Part shown: positions 50,916 through 61,904 of the stretch, one piece after another
How the letters are laid out: every line of letters starts with the position of its first letter
How positions within the stretch are numbered: position 1 is the stretch's first letter
NCBI GenBank assembly: GCA_965261595.1
Contig: CBDHDG010000006.1
Coordinates: 1,376,001-1,440,000, forward strand
DNA length: 64,000 nt
Source of the DNA: a bacterium
GTDB taxonomy: Bacteria; UBA8248; JACPRG01; G963555815
Direction of reading: 5' to 3'
Translations under genes and position numbers: made by a program
Notes under the pieces: model-generated
Databases searched by the model: none
The model's input: only the letters and a program-made list of their open reading frames with translations
What the model was told of the DNA's origin: nothing

Positions 50916-51350
50916 TCAGCTCTGTGTCCAGAGACGGCCGTCGGTATGAAACCAGCGCAGGTCTACGTCTCCCCCTTCGAGGATCACGGTCTTGAAGCGG
51001 TTCGGAACCTGAAATTCCAGGAACTTCAGGGCGCTCCCCTCCGTCTTCATCTGGTGCTTTTCCCCTTCGTGGATGAAGATGAGGGTCCCCGGACCAACCG
51101 GGATCTCGCCCTCTTCCGTCACGACGACCCCGCTTCCCTCCAGGATCAACTGAAAATGCTCACACCCCTCATGATAATGGTAGGGGGACGCGGTCCCGGG
51201 CTGATAGGCCATATTGCCCGCCAGGAATTCGTCCGTCCCGGCAAGCGCCGGGCTAACGAAAAACACCCGCTCCCGCCCGGGACGCTCGGACACCAACCGC
51301 TCCAATTCGGATTCGTGGACGATGTACCCCAACGGCGACCCCCGTATCAA
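50916..51350 (-). CDS. Cupin domain protein
   Basis: HYHEGCEHFQLILEGSG...GEKH. Confidence 0.8.
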   Translation of the reverse strand: MIRGSPLGYIVHESELERLVSERPGRERVFFVSPALAGTDEFLAGNMAYQPGTASPYHYHEGCEHFQLILEGSGVVVTEEGEIPVGPGTLIFIHEGEKHQMKTEGSALKFLEFQVPNRFKTVILEGGDVDLRWFHTDGRLWTQS

Positions 51351-51546
51351 AGAGTGAGTCGCTTCCCTCCCCCGAGAGGGGATGAAGAATGGACATTCCG
51401 CTCCGCTAGTCTAGTCCGCCCCCCGATCGGAAGGCAAACGCGGGAACGGACGCGACGCCCGGAATCCGGGGGGAATCCAACGTCAATCCCCCCCCGTACG
51501 CTTGAGGGGCTCAAGAGATGGGGGTGGTGAGCCGATAAGGATAAAA

Positions 51547-52760
51547 ATGGTGCGCCCAAGCACAAAAAGGGTGATGGGTAAAATGGCTAAAGTCTACAAA
51601 GAAGGGATCGATAGGCTGACGGATGCCGAGATGCGCGAGCTGGTGGGGCAAGAGGACGAATCCGTGGGGGATGAATTGGAAAACCCGACGGACCAACCCA
51701 AACCGACCCTCGACCGCGGCAAGCTCCGGCCGATTAAAATGAGTCTGATTGCCGAGTTTCCGGTTCTTCCATTCCCGATTTACGTCCATTCGGATTCCGA
51801 GCAGGGTTTTTCCCTCCTTGTTTCCAAAGGCAGCCGGTTCGGCGAGAGCATTCAGAAAAGAATTGAAAGGCAATCCAAAGGACCGAATCTACGTCCAAGC
51901 GAAGGACTATGCCCTCTACGCCGCTGAAACCGAGCAGACGATCAACCGCCTGTTGTCCGATCCCAAGAAGGCCGCCCGGGAGAAGGTGCCTTTATTTTTC
52001 TCTTTCGCGACAGAGCGCCTGACCGAGGTGTTCCGACGGGTTTCCGAAGAAGGCGGCGAGAACGCGACACTCGTTCTTCCCATCGCGGAACAGGCGCTCG
52101 ATTTAATTCAGCAGGATTGGAAGGCGGCGTTTTCGCTCCTCCGGCTGGCCCAGACGGACCCTCAAGCGTACGCCCACGCCCTCAACGTTTGCCTGTTCGG
52201 CTTGAGCTACGTTCACAATTTCCTTCCGGGGTTTTCGGAATGCGACCTCAAGGAAATTGCTTTGGGATTTCTCAGCCACGACATCGGAGAGCTTGTGGTC
52301 TCGAAGGAATTATTGAACCAACGCTCCACGCTGAACCCCCTGGAGCGCAAGATCATCCAACAAATTCCATTGCATGGCGTGAATGTTCTCAAAGAGGCGG
52401 GATGCGACTATCCACTTGCGGTTGACATCGTCATGAACCATCACGAGCGGGTCGACGGCCAAGGCCTATCCTCGAGGCCTATTTAAACATCGAATCCCCC
52501 TCATCGCCCAGGTCTGCGCCATCTGCGAGTCCTTCGACACCATGACGACCCCGCAGCTTTATCGCCACGGGACCCACACCGCCTTCGAGGCCCTCAATCA
52601 TATGTCGAGAGAGAGGCCCGGGCAGTTCGACCTTCGCATTCTCAGCAATTTCATCCGAATGATGGGCGGCAACCTGCAACCCAAAACGAACGGAACGCCC
52701 GTAAACGGATCGAGTGTAAACGAATCGGACGCCTCGCCCGTGATTGTCGGAGCCCGATAA
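51547..52760 (+). pseudogene. HD-GYP domain protein with two +1 frameshifts (~51878, ~52465)
   Basis: HALNV, SHDIG, HHERVDGQG; removing one C gives GYPRGL...CESFDTMTT.R. Confidence 0.75.
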
Positions 52761-52791
52761 CCGCTTCAGGGTCCGCCGCCGCCGCGCGCGC

Positions 52792-54193
52792 TCAATCCCG
52801 AAAGACCGAACCCGATTCCCCCTTGTCGGTCTCCCGAACAACATGGGTGAAGCGCGAAATCTTCTGGAAAAGGTGCGTGAAATCGTTGGCGCGGTCCAGG
52901 TCCGCGTTGTAGCGGGACAGGTCCGAGGGGTCCCACCTCGACACGAAGGCGGGGCCGGGAGGCCCCGACCAGCCCGCCTTCGGAACCTGCTCTCCCCAAT
53001 GGCCCTTGAACCCGAACCAGGGTTGATTCTCGAGAATCTCGATCGCTGAGCGGGGATAGCCCACATATTCCAGGTCCTCGGAGCGGACGCCCGAAAAGAC
53101 CAGAAAACGCTCCACCATCCTCCGCGGCACGGACCACCCGGGCGCCAGACAAAGGCGGCCGACAACGCGCTCGTCGGCGGCGGCGATGACGTTGTCCCCG
53201 CCGAGCTTGAAGCCCCCAATTCTGATCTTCGGCACACGCCCCTCGAAGAGCGCGAAACCGGGCGTGGGGTAGGCGCCGTGGCCCCTTTTCACGATGGATG
53301 AAGGACATGGGATGGGTCTTGAGCCGATAGACGGCAAGCGGGTCGGTTCGCTTGGCGTAAGCATCGATCTGCGATGAGGTGTTCGGCCAAAGGCCCAGCC
53401 ACTTCTGGAAATCAGGCAGCTTTTTCGGATAACCCATGAGCCAGTCTTCGTAGTGGAAAGATTGGGTCACGTAGGTGTCGCCCCCATCCCGCCGGATGAG
53501 CACCTGGACCGTCGCGTCCCAGTCCCCTTCGTGTTGGTTCCAGAAGTCGTTGTAAAGGAAGAAGAAGAAATACTGAACGATGTCGTAGAGGCCCGCGCGG
53601 ACGAAGCGGTTGTCCACCTCGACGCCCTCGACCACGCGGGCATAGATTCTGGGGACATAGGGCGGAAGCGGGACCTTGGAGCGGACGCCTCCCTTGGGAT
53701 AGCGGGCGGCGAGGATCTTCCGGGCGGCTTCCCTGACGCCTTCGGGTCCCTGTCCCCGGATGTCGAAGACGCGCCGCACGTGGGGCTCGACGGTGAAATT
53801 CCTCATCCCCAGGGATTCCAGGTCGAGCGAGCTCCCGAAGACGTTCTCGCCGCGATGGACGGGGTCCCGGAGAAGGGCGTTCAATTCACCCAGGCTTTTC
53901 AGCGTCCTGAAAGGGCTGCCGTTCGGCCGGCGCCAAATGACGTTCGATCGGTGAAAGAAGGTCTCCACGCCGACGGGAAGGAAGTAATCGCTTTCGTGAA
54001 ACCAGAGGATTGGGGCGTGTCTTTGAACAAGGGCCCGCTTGGCCGCGGGGGTGAGGGCCTTCTTGACTTGCAGGGGAACAGGGGCGCATCCGCCGAACAG
54101 GCCGGCCGAGGCCGCGCCCCCGGCAACGGACTTCAGGAAGGTCCGGCGGGTGAGTTTGCGCGGCCGTTGAGATTGAGCGCCGAAGGCCTTCAT
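52792..54193 (-). pseudogene. Tat-exported lipoprotein, Vps62/NPP1-like, frameshifted by a 4-bp duplication at 53293-53300
   Basis: TRRTFLK...GGC; HAPILWFHESD; QYFFFFLYND...HEGDWD; removing one CATC gives FIVKRGHGAYP...GHWG...GPPGP. Confidence 0.7.
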
Positions 54194-54238
54194 CGTAGGC
54201 GTCCCAAAAAGTCCGGGTGAAGGGGGGAAGATTCGCTT

Positions 54239-54838
54239 TCAGGTTGAGGGCCGGCTCCGATTCGCGATGGCTTCGAGGACTTCATCCGTCGAATCGGAGC
54301 CCCAGTAAGTCTTCCCATCCACAACGTACGTGGGGATGCCCGTCACGCCCTGCTCTTCTCCCTGCCGCCTAAGCTCATCCAGCTCCCCTGCGTAGGCCTC
54401 GGCGTCGAGGGCCTTTCGCAAGGCCGCCGCGTCCAATCCGACCCGCTCGCCGATCGAGACCAGGACCCCGGGATCGCTGATGTCCAGGTCTTGCTGATAC
54501 CGGGCGTCGTAAACGGCGTCGCGGAACTCCTCCATCCGGCCGTGGTCCCGGGCGAAAAGCGTCGCCTGATGCGCCAGGCGGGTCCGGCACTTCTTCCAGG
54601 GGAAGATCAGGTCCATGCCGTATCTTACGCTCAGGGCCTTGTGCTTGGCGAGAAGTTTTTCCGCCTCTTCCGGCGTCCGATCGAGAAAAGGAATGCCTTC
54701 CGGACGCCCCTCCCAGGGGACCCACCGGACTTTGACCCCGCTTTCCTTCTCGACCCGCGCCATCCCCCGGACGGCGATGTAACAATACGGTCAGGTGTAG
54801 TCGGAATATTTCAGGATTTCTTCTCGTCCGCCGGCCAT
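54239..54838 (-). CDS. DsbA/FrnE family oxidoreductase, probable selenoprotein (Sec at TGA 54793-54791)
   Basis: MAGGREEILKYSDYT-U-PYCY is in frame with ORF 54239-54763; GAGG RBS; GVTGIPT; hairpin CGCCGTCC-GGG-GGATGGCG after the TGA. Confidence 0.88.
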
Positions 54839-55167
54839 CGCTTTCCTCTCCCGAGGGTCCTCCCGCCGGTTGAAAAGGAATTGAGCCGGCGATCCATCCT
54901 AGACAACTCCCCGCAGGACCCCAATGGACGATGGTCTTTGCCGGCCCGCATCTATTGCCTTCGCGGGTAAGGGGTGGGCGCGTTCCTTGAATTCGACAAC
55001 CGAATACTCTTAAAAGTTCTCTCAACCGCTCGGATGACCCGGAGAACGGGGCCGCTCCGTCTAAAGACAGGGGGGGCCTCCAGGGCGGAGACCCCCCGCG
55101 ACAAACCGGGCTTCTTTTCAAGTTGCCGGCCCGCGCGGGCGCCGAACCGAAGCCCGGAGCCCACGGG

Positions 55168-56206
55168 TTACATCGCGCTTTTGGGAACAAGCTTTCCCGG
55201 GAGAAACCGGTTTGTATAGACGTCCCGGATGTTCACCGCCGTTTTCCCCATTTTCCCCTTCATGTACTTCGTGACGATGTCCTGGGTGAACTTCATCTTC
55301 TTCTCTTCCTCCATGTAACCCAGGCCGGTCTTGAGGCTCTCCGGGGTGGCGACAAACCGGATGGTGGTCTTCCACTGCTCCAGCGTGTTGTCGTAACCAA
55401 GCGCGGGTTTGCTCTGAACCACGTATCGGACCGCCGCCTCGGGGTTGTCCACCGCCCAGGTCAGGGCCTCCAGCGTCGCCTTGACAAACCGCCGGACGAG
55501 GTTCGGATTCTTCTCGATCAGGGCTTCCTGCGTGATGATTCCGTTCCCGTAAAAGGGAAGTCCGTATTCGCCGTAAGGAATCTCCACGACCTCTCTGCCC
55601 ATGGCCTTCGCCTGGCGCTTGACCGATACGGCGGTCAAAGCGAACGTCAGGATCATATCCACCTTCCCGGCCAACAGGCTCGAGCCCAAGGCCGCGGCCG
55701 TCATCGTAATGAAATTGACATCGGACTCCTTCAGGCCGTTCTTCGCGAGAAGCGCCGGAAAGATCGTCCGCGTCGAGCTGGCGGCGACGTCGCCCACGCT
55801 CCGGCCGCGAAAATCAGCAGGGGTCCGGATACCGGAGCTCTTCATCGCGGCGACCTCGGATTGATCGTTGTGGTAGATCATCCCGACCTGTTTGACGTTC
55901 ACGCCCCGGCTGCGGGAAATGATGCTCGTCCCCGCTCCGGCCTCTCCGAAATGGCTTTTCCCGGTGAAGACCGTCGCGATGGTCGCCTTGGAGCCATACC
56001 CCCGCGTGATGCTGACGTCCAGACCCAGCTTCTTGTACCGGCCGCTTTCCAAGGCCGTAAAGAAGGCCGTGTGCCCGCCGTGAAACACGTAGGACATCGT
56101 CGCGAGGCCCTTATCGGCCGCCGACGCCATCGGCCGCCGACGCCGCCCCGACGGTCAGCCCGAGAACCATCCCGAATACCGCCGCGCCCGCCATCCATCT
56201 CTTCAT
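55168..56206 (-). pseudogene. NMT1/THI5-like ABC substrate-binding protein; signal peptide frameshifted by a 16-bp tandem duplication
   Basis: ATCGGCCGCCGACGCC x2 at 56113-56144; one copy restores MKRWMAGAAVFGMVLGLTVGAASAADK...GLDVSITRGYGS. Confidence 0.8.
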
Positions 56207-56308
56207 CGCTGCGCCCTCCTTGAGTCAAGCGATTCCGCCGCGGGAACGCTGATTGCCCGAAGACATCTCAATCGGTGCGGAATTGCAACGCGCCGCGCCC
56301 AAACCGAC

Positions 56309-56995
56309 TTACACCCTTGCCTCCTCCTTGCGGGCGGCCGAATCCACGGCCCGGGTCCACGCGCTCTCCACCTCATTCGTCGTGGCGACGAGTCCGAAAT
56401 GCAGCTGGATGTTTTCCAGCGTCGCGTCGTGGCGCGCACGGCTGACGCCCGCGCAACAGTCCGAGACCACGACCATATCATAATCCCGCATGAAACCCTC
56501 GCGGGCGGTCGACTCCACGCAGACATTCGTCGCGACACCGGTCAGGATCAGCCTCCCGACGCCGAGCTCCTTCAGGACGGCGTCCAGCTCCGTCTCGGCG
56601 AACGCCCCATATCGGGGCTTCGTGATGACGACCTCCCCGGGTTTTGGGGTGATCCGCTCATCGTAGAACTCGGCGCCCCAGGTCCCCTCTTCCACCAGGC
56701 GGATATAGTCCTCTCCAAACTGGGCGCGAAAGAGCCGATCCATCGCCGGCCATTCGTCCAAGGCCGTCCGGGCAAGCCGAATATGGATGACGGGAACAGC
56801 GGCCTCTCTGGCCCTTTCGATGAAACCGTGCAGCCGCGGAACCATCTCGGGGACCATCGAGAGATCGTATCCCCTTCTCCCCAGGCCCCCTTCCGGGTGA
56901 CAAAAATCATTCTGAACGTCAATCACCAATAAGGCGCAGCCCCCCGGCTCGACCCACCGTCCGAGGCTCTCATGGCTCATGGTCCACGCCTCCAC
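56309..56995 (-). CDS. Isochorismatase/cysteine hydrolase (RutB-like)
   Basis: ALLVIDVQNDF, K.RYGAF, TGVATNVCVESTAR. Confidence 0.9.
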   Translation of the reverse strand: MEAWTMSHESLGRWVEPGGCALLVIDVQNDFCHPEGGLGRRGYDLSMVPEMVPRLHGFIERAREAAVPVIHIRLARTALDEWPAMDRLFRAQFGEDYIRLVEEGTWGAEFYDERITPKPGEVVITKPRYGAFAETELDAVLKELGVGRLILTGVATNVCVESTAREGFMRDYDMVVVSDCCAGVSRARHDATLENIQLHFGLVATTNEVESAWTRAVDSAARKEEARV

Positions 56996-57305
56996 CCGCT
57001 CCAGCCGGGAAGTTCGTGAACATCGGGCGGATTCCCCCCTTCTTCAACCCCGGAGACCCGCCTGCCTCTCTCCCGCATGGGTGAACGCTATCCTCCCGCT
57101 TTCCGGTTGTCAATCGTCTTTTTCCGCTATCCAAGCGGACGCCGGAGACTCAGGAGAAACGGCCCGTCGCAGCCTTTCCAATCGGTCCTCTTTCCGAACC
57201 GGACCGGCCTCCCGCGCCGGATGAGGCGGGGTGTTATGATGCCTCGCGGGAACGGGAGCCCGGTCGGCTCCCTTCAGGACCCTGAGATTCGCGGGAAACC
57301 TCCAA

Positions 57306-58418
57306 ATGGTTGAAACGGAAAAGGCCCCTGAGACCGGCGTGGAAGAGGCGTTGCCGGTCGTTTTGGCCCGTGACCGGGAGCGCCTGCTAACGGACCTTCT
57401 GCGCCGCGTGTCGAGGTCTTTCTATTTGACGCTGTGCGTCCTGCCGGCGGGCCTGCGGGGGCCCGTGGGTCTGGCCTACCTGCTCGCCCGCGCCGCCGAC
57501 ACCATCGCCGATACGCGCATCCTCCCGCCCGCCGAGCGCCTGGGCCGTCTGCGGGCCTTCCGGGCGCAGGTGTACGGACCGGCAAAGGCGTCGGGGCTTC
57601 GGGAGATTCAGGAAGCGCTCCGGGAAAGACAATCCACACCCGAGGAGGTGGAGCTGCTGTCCTCCCTTCCCGAGGCGTTCTCGATGCTCGAAGACGCCGA
57701 CGAAGATGATCGCGGCCGCGTCCGCTCGGTCGTCGTGCGGCTCACACTCGGGATGGAGATCGACCTAACCACGTTTCCCCCGGAGGACTCCGGGCGGATC
57801 GAAGCGTTTCGGGAAGAAGCGGATCTGGACCGGTACATCTATTACGTGGCCGGGTGCGTGGGCGAGTTTTGGACAGTGATGAGCGTGGCCCACGCCCGGG
57901 CCTTGAAATCCTGGGACGCGGAGCGGATGTCGGAAATCGGCATGCGATTCGGAAAAGCCCTCCAGTTGACTAATGTCCTCCGAGACGTCCCGAAAGACCT
58001 TCGGATCGGCCGCTGCTACCTGCCCGAGATCGAGCTTTCCGGCGCGGGTATCTCCCCGGAAGACCTGCTCGATCCGTCCGCCGCCGAGAAGGCCCGCCCG
58101 GTTCTGTCCGGTTGGATCGAGACGGCCCTCGGGCACTACGGTGCAGCGGAGGAATACCTCCTGGCGATCCCCCGGCGATGCCCGCGCCTTCGCCTCGGGG
58201 CGCTTTGGCCGATCCTGATCGGGCTCGCAACCCTGGCCGACCTGGCGCGCAATGAGGCCTGGCTGGATCCGGACAGGCCCGCGAAGGTCAGCCGCCGGTG
58301 GGTTTACCGGATGATCGCCTGCTCGATCCCCGCCGTCCTTTCGAACCGTGTTTTACGCGCCTGGATATCCCGATTGCGAAAGGAAGTCGAGGCCCCCCTG
58401 AAGCAAAGCCGGTTTTGA
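57306..58418 (+). CDS. Squalene/phytoene synthase family protein
   Basis: VSRSFYL, YLLARAADTIAD, YIYYVAGCVGEFW, ALQLTNVLRD...D...GRCYLP. Confidence 0.9.
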   Translation: MVETEKAPETGVEEALPVVLARDRERLLTDLLRRVSRSFYLTLCVLPAGLRGPVGLAYLLARAADTIADTRILPPAERLGRLRAFRAQVYGPAKASGLREIQEALRERQSTPEEVELLSSLPEAFSMLEDADEDDRGRVRSVVVRLTLGMEIDLTTFPPEDSGRIEAFREEADLDRYIYYVAGCVGEFWTVMSVAHARALKSWDAERMSEIGMRFGKALQLTNVLRDVPKDLRIGRCYLPEIELSGAGISPEDLLDPSAAEKARPVLSGWIETALGHYGAAEEYLLAIPRRCPRLRLGALWPILIGLATLADLARNEAWLDPDRPAKVSRRWVYRMIACSIPAVLSNRVLRAWISRLRKEVEAPLKQSRF

Positions 58419-58665
58419 TTCCGTGAAGCGGAAAGGAGAGCGTCGCGCTTAAACCCCCACGGCGCGGCAAAATCATGAGAACACTCCATCACCTGTTTCG
58501 CCGTCGGTTTGCGATCTGGATTTGCAATAGAAATTTTTTGGCCCATCCGCAATCACGCGTTGACCCTCGTCCCTTGGCGACCGCTTTGTGCTAACCTTTC
58601 GGGAAGACGTAAGCCTCTCGATTTCAAAGAAGACGTCGGGGCGAAAGGAGTCAGGAGGACAGACC

Positions 58666-59082
58666 ATGGAGAAACGAGTCATCCACCCCCAGCCCCCGGC
58701 GGCGGACATGCCCTTCGTCCCGGCCATCACGGTCAAGGGCGATCACACTGTCGTCTACGCCTCCGGATGCACCGCGTCCCCGCTTTATCACAGCCACCCC
58801 CACGTCGAGGAGGAGCTTCGGGTCCCCGACGACATCCGGGCGCAGACCCGTATGACGTTCGAGAACATCCAGCTCGTCCTGGGGGCCGGCGGCGCGACGC
58901 TCAAGGACGTGGTCCGGGCAACCGTCTACCTCACCAACCGGGAGGAGATGGACGCCATGAACGAGGAATATGAGAAGGTCTTCAGCGGCAACCTCCCGGC
59001 TCGGACGTGCGTCATAGTCAATGGTCTCGTCGCCCCGAACCTCAAGATCGAAATCGAGGCCACAGCCGCGATCCCGGATTAG
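58666..59082 (+). CDS. RidA/YjgF family protein
   Basis: VYASG, QTRMTFENI, MNEEY, PART, KIEIEATA; AGGAGG RBS. Confidence 0.88.
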   Translation: MEKRVIHPQPPAADMPFVPAITVKGDHTVVYASGCTASPLYHSHPHVEEELRVPDDIRAQTRMTFENIQLVLGAGGATLKDVVRATVYLTNREEMDAMNEEYEKVFSGNLPARTCVIVNGLVAPNLKIEIEATAAIPD

Positions 59083-59228
59083 ACGGGGGGGAGAGAATAG
59101 CTAAAGGGGGTCAGACACGTTCTTCATTCTGTCACCGGACGATTCTTGCCTTTTTCCGGACGGCAGATCACGACCAGCCCGCGTGGATGAGTAAATCCGC
59201 TCCCCCTCGGCCGGTCCCCTTGCCCTAG

Positions 59229-59244
59229 CGGCACGATCCTTGCA
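59229..59244 (+). promoter_or_regulatory. Candidate sigma54 (-24/-12) promoter
   Basis: CGGCACGATCCTTGCA matches YGGCACG-N4-TTGCW; 85 bp upstream of the PilZ-like gene. Confidence 0.55.
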
Positions 59245-59328
59245 CCCCTTAATCACTCAGAAATATCTTCCAGAAAAGGGGAAAATAGAACAGGTCCTTG
59301 GTTTTCCACCTACGCGAGGACAAGAGCG

Positions 59329-59592
59329 ATGTCCGAGAACAGGCACTACCTCCGATTGGGCCTCCTCCTTCCCTCCAAGGTGAGGGTCCTGGAATGCGAA
59401 GTTCAAGGGGTTTCGATCAACGACATCCGATTCTCCAGCAGGGAGGCTTTCCCCCCCGACTCGGTGAAAGAAATGACGCTTGACACGGGCGAAGATGAGA
59501 AACTGAAGGTCCAGGCCGCAACTCGGTGGTGCAGGCCCGCCTCCTCCGACGGGCATGAAGTGGGCGCGGAGATTTCCGTCCCGGCTTCATAG
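59329..59592 (+). CDS. Stand-alone PilZ-like domain protein
   Basis: ENRHYLR (RxxxR), ...RWC...HEVGAE; the D/NxSxxG motif is degenerate. Confidence 0.55.
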   Translation: MSENRHYLRLGLLLPSKVRVLECEVQGVSINDIRFSSREAFPPDSVKEMTLDTGEDEKLKVQAATRWCRPASSDGHEVGAEISVPAS

Positions 59593-59808
59593 CCCTTATC
59601 ATCCGCAGATTACACAGATTATTTGAATTCATCGCCTCGATGATAAGGGTGTGAATCACCGCTTGTCTTGGTGACAAAATTAGTGGATTGAATCATCCGC
59701 TCCCAGGACGCCGGCAAGCTCATTTCCCCACAACCTTGAAAATCCCGTGTCGAATCCTACAGACTGTGGGACAAAGGCGGTTCCCGACCACCGGCATGTG
59801 ATTTTCAT

Positions 59809-61191
59809 ATGACTACACCCCCTCTGCTTCTCGAACACGGCGCGGTCCTGACCGTCGACGCGCAAAACCGGCGCTTCGACGAGGGATGGGTCTACATTGA
59901 GGACGGACGCGTCGTCTCACTCGGCGGCGGCCACCCCCCTGCCCTCCCCCCGGAAACCGAGCGCGTCTCCTTTCGCGGCAAGGCCCTACTTCCCGGTTTC
60001 GTCAACTGCCACACCCACCTGTTCCTGTCGGTCCTCCGGGGGACGTTCACCGGACTTCCGCTCTACGACTGGCTGAAGCGCACGTATTCGGCTGTCTCGT
60101 TCCTGACCGAAGAGGACTGCCGCGCCGCCGCGGCCCTGGGCTGCTTGGAGCTTGTCCGGAGCGGCGTGACGACATTCGTCGACCACCACTTCATGAACCC
60201 CCGGCCAGGGCTGGGGCGGGCCATCCTCGACGCCTACCGCCGCGTGGGAATTCGGGGGTTCTTCTCCCGCGGGATGATGGATATGGGCGACCTCTGTCCC
60301 GCCGAGGGGCTGGAAAAAGCCGGGGACGTCATTGAAGAATGCCGGGAGCTTCTGGCCGACCTCAAGGCGCCGGTGGCGCGGAAGGAGGTGGGGGTGTTCA
60401 TCGGCCCCAACTCCCCGGGCTATAACGTCACCACGGAGTCCCTTCAGGCCTGCTCGGAATTCGCCCGAGAGACGGGCATCAAGATGACCGTCCACGTCTC
60501 CGAGACGGTTCACGTCCTGGAAGACGTCCGGCGGCGCTACGGCCACGCCGGCGTCGTTGACTATCTGGAAGAGATCGGCGTTCTCGGCCCAGAAGTCCTG
60601 GCCGCCCACGTCATCCACGTCTCACCCGGGGAGATCGATCTTTTGGCCTCGCGGGGGGTCTCCGCGGCCTATAACCCGGTGGCCAACATGTACCTTGGAG
60701 ACGGCGTCGCGCCGGTCGGCGGTCTGACGGCCGCGGGCGTCCGGGTCGGCCTGGGGACCGATGGGGCCGCCAGCAACAACTCGCTGGACTTCTTCGAGAC
60801 GATGAAGTTCGGCTCCCTGCTTCAGAAGGCCCATCACCTGGACCCCACACGGCTCCACGCCCGGGAGACCCTGCGGATGGCGACGCAGGGCGGGGCCGAG
60901 TGCCTCGGGCTCGGGGATGAAATCGGCTCCATCGAGGCGGGAAAGCGGGCCGACTTGATCATCGTCCGCCCTTCGGGCCGGGCCCACACGACGCCCCTTC
61001 ACGACCTCGAAGCCCAGCTTGTCTACAGCGCGAAGAGCACCGACGTGGAGACGGTCCTGGTGGACGGGCGGTTTGTCCTGAGGGACGGAGAATTGGTGAC
61101 GACCTCCGAGGAGGACATCATCGGAGAGGCCGAGGCCTCGGGGGAGAGAATGCGGCGCGGCTTCCGGAGGATATGGGGGCCGTCATCCTGA
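59809..61191 (+). CDS. Amidohydrolase family protein (MTA/SAH deaminase/Atz-like)
   Basis: LPGFVNCHTH, HVSET, AAHVIH, GLGTDGAASNN, GSIEAGKRADL. Confidence 0.92.
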   Translation: MTTPPLLLEHGAVLTVDAQNRRFDEGWVYIEDGRVVSLGGGHPPALPPETERVSFRGKALLPGFVNCHTHLFLSVLRGTFTGLPLYDWLKRTYSAVSFLTEEDCRAAAALGCLELVRSGVTTFVDHHFMNPRPGLGRAILDAYRRVGIRGFFSRGMMDMGDLCPAEGLEKAGDVIEECRELLADLKAPVARKEVGVFIGPNSPGYNVTTESLQACSEFARETGIKMTVHVSETVHVLEDVRRRYGHAGVVDYLEEIGVLGPEVLAAHVIHVSPGEIDLLASRGVSAAYNPVANMYLGDGVAPVGGLTAAGVRVGLGTDGAASNNSLDFFETMKFGSLLQKAHHLDPTRLHARETLRMATQGGAECLGLGDEIGSIEAGKRADLIIVRPSGRAHTTPLHDLEAQLVYSAKSTDVETVLVDGRFVLRDGELVTTSEEDIIGEAEASGERMRRGFRRIWGPSS

Positions 61192-61273
61192 ACGGACGGC
61201 GATCCCGCCTCCGGAAACAACCGATTTCATCCGGCCATCCCGGTCGAGCGCAGTTTTCGATAAGAATCACGGG

Positions 61274-61825
61274 TCAGGCGGGACGCGGAGTCCACGGAAC
61301 GTGGAAGTTGGAATCGTTGTGCTGGATCGTGTTGATGAACGCAAGGGCGAGAGGCTTTCCGGACGCCTCGGCGAGCGGAGTCAGATGAGACAACAAATCA
61401 CCCCGCCGGCAGAATGTCCGGTACCCCGCGGCCTCGTAGACTTCCTGCTCCGGTAGACCGCTCGCGAAGATGATCCCCGCCCGGGCGCCTCTCCATTCCG
61501 CCGGGAGGCTTTGGGCAAGCGGCAGGCCCTGGCCCGCGTTGTTTCCGAACGCGACAAAATCGATGCCGCCGCCCGGGTCGCTCAACGCCCCGATGATCCC
61601 GGCCGGGCGGACCTGATCCCAGTTCAACCCTTCCCGGCTTGCCGTTTCGGCGGTGAGCGCGGATGGATATCCGTCGCCAATCCGGTAAGCGCCCGCTCGA
61701 TCAACCAACCGAATCCAAGGCAATGGCGGGGCCGTGACAAATTCCCCGACGGTCACCTCGTTATCCAGAATCAAGGCAACGAAATGGCCGGAGAAATGGG
61801 GAGAAAGCTCGTCTGAAACCATCAT
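61274..61825 (-). CDS. Hypothetical protein
   Basis: Open frame of ~183 aa with plausible composition (FVAFGNNAGQG, AFINTIQHND); family not recognised. Confidence 0.6.
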   Translation of the reverse strand: MMVSDELSPHFSGHFVALILDNEVTVGEFVTAPPLPWIRLVDRAGAYRIGDGYPSALTAETASREGLNWDQVRPAGIIGALSDPGGGIDFVAFGNNAGQGLPLAQSLPAEWRGARAGIIFASGLPEQEVYEAAGYRTFCRRGDLLSHLTPLAEASGKPLALAFINTIQHNDSNFHVPWTPRPA

Positions 61826-61904
61826 GAACCCCCGCGGACAAGGCGCGTCCGCTCGCAAGAAAGGGAAGACCACCCACACCGAGCGGATAACCCTTTGATT
61901 TTAT

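Noticed and set aside
57306..58418. Hopanoid/carotenoid biosynthetic cluster
   Set aside because: The synthase stands alone; no shc, hpn or crt neighbours in the window
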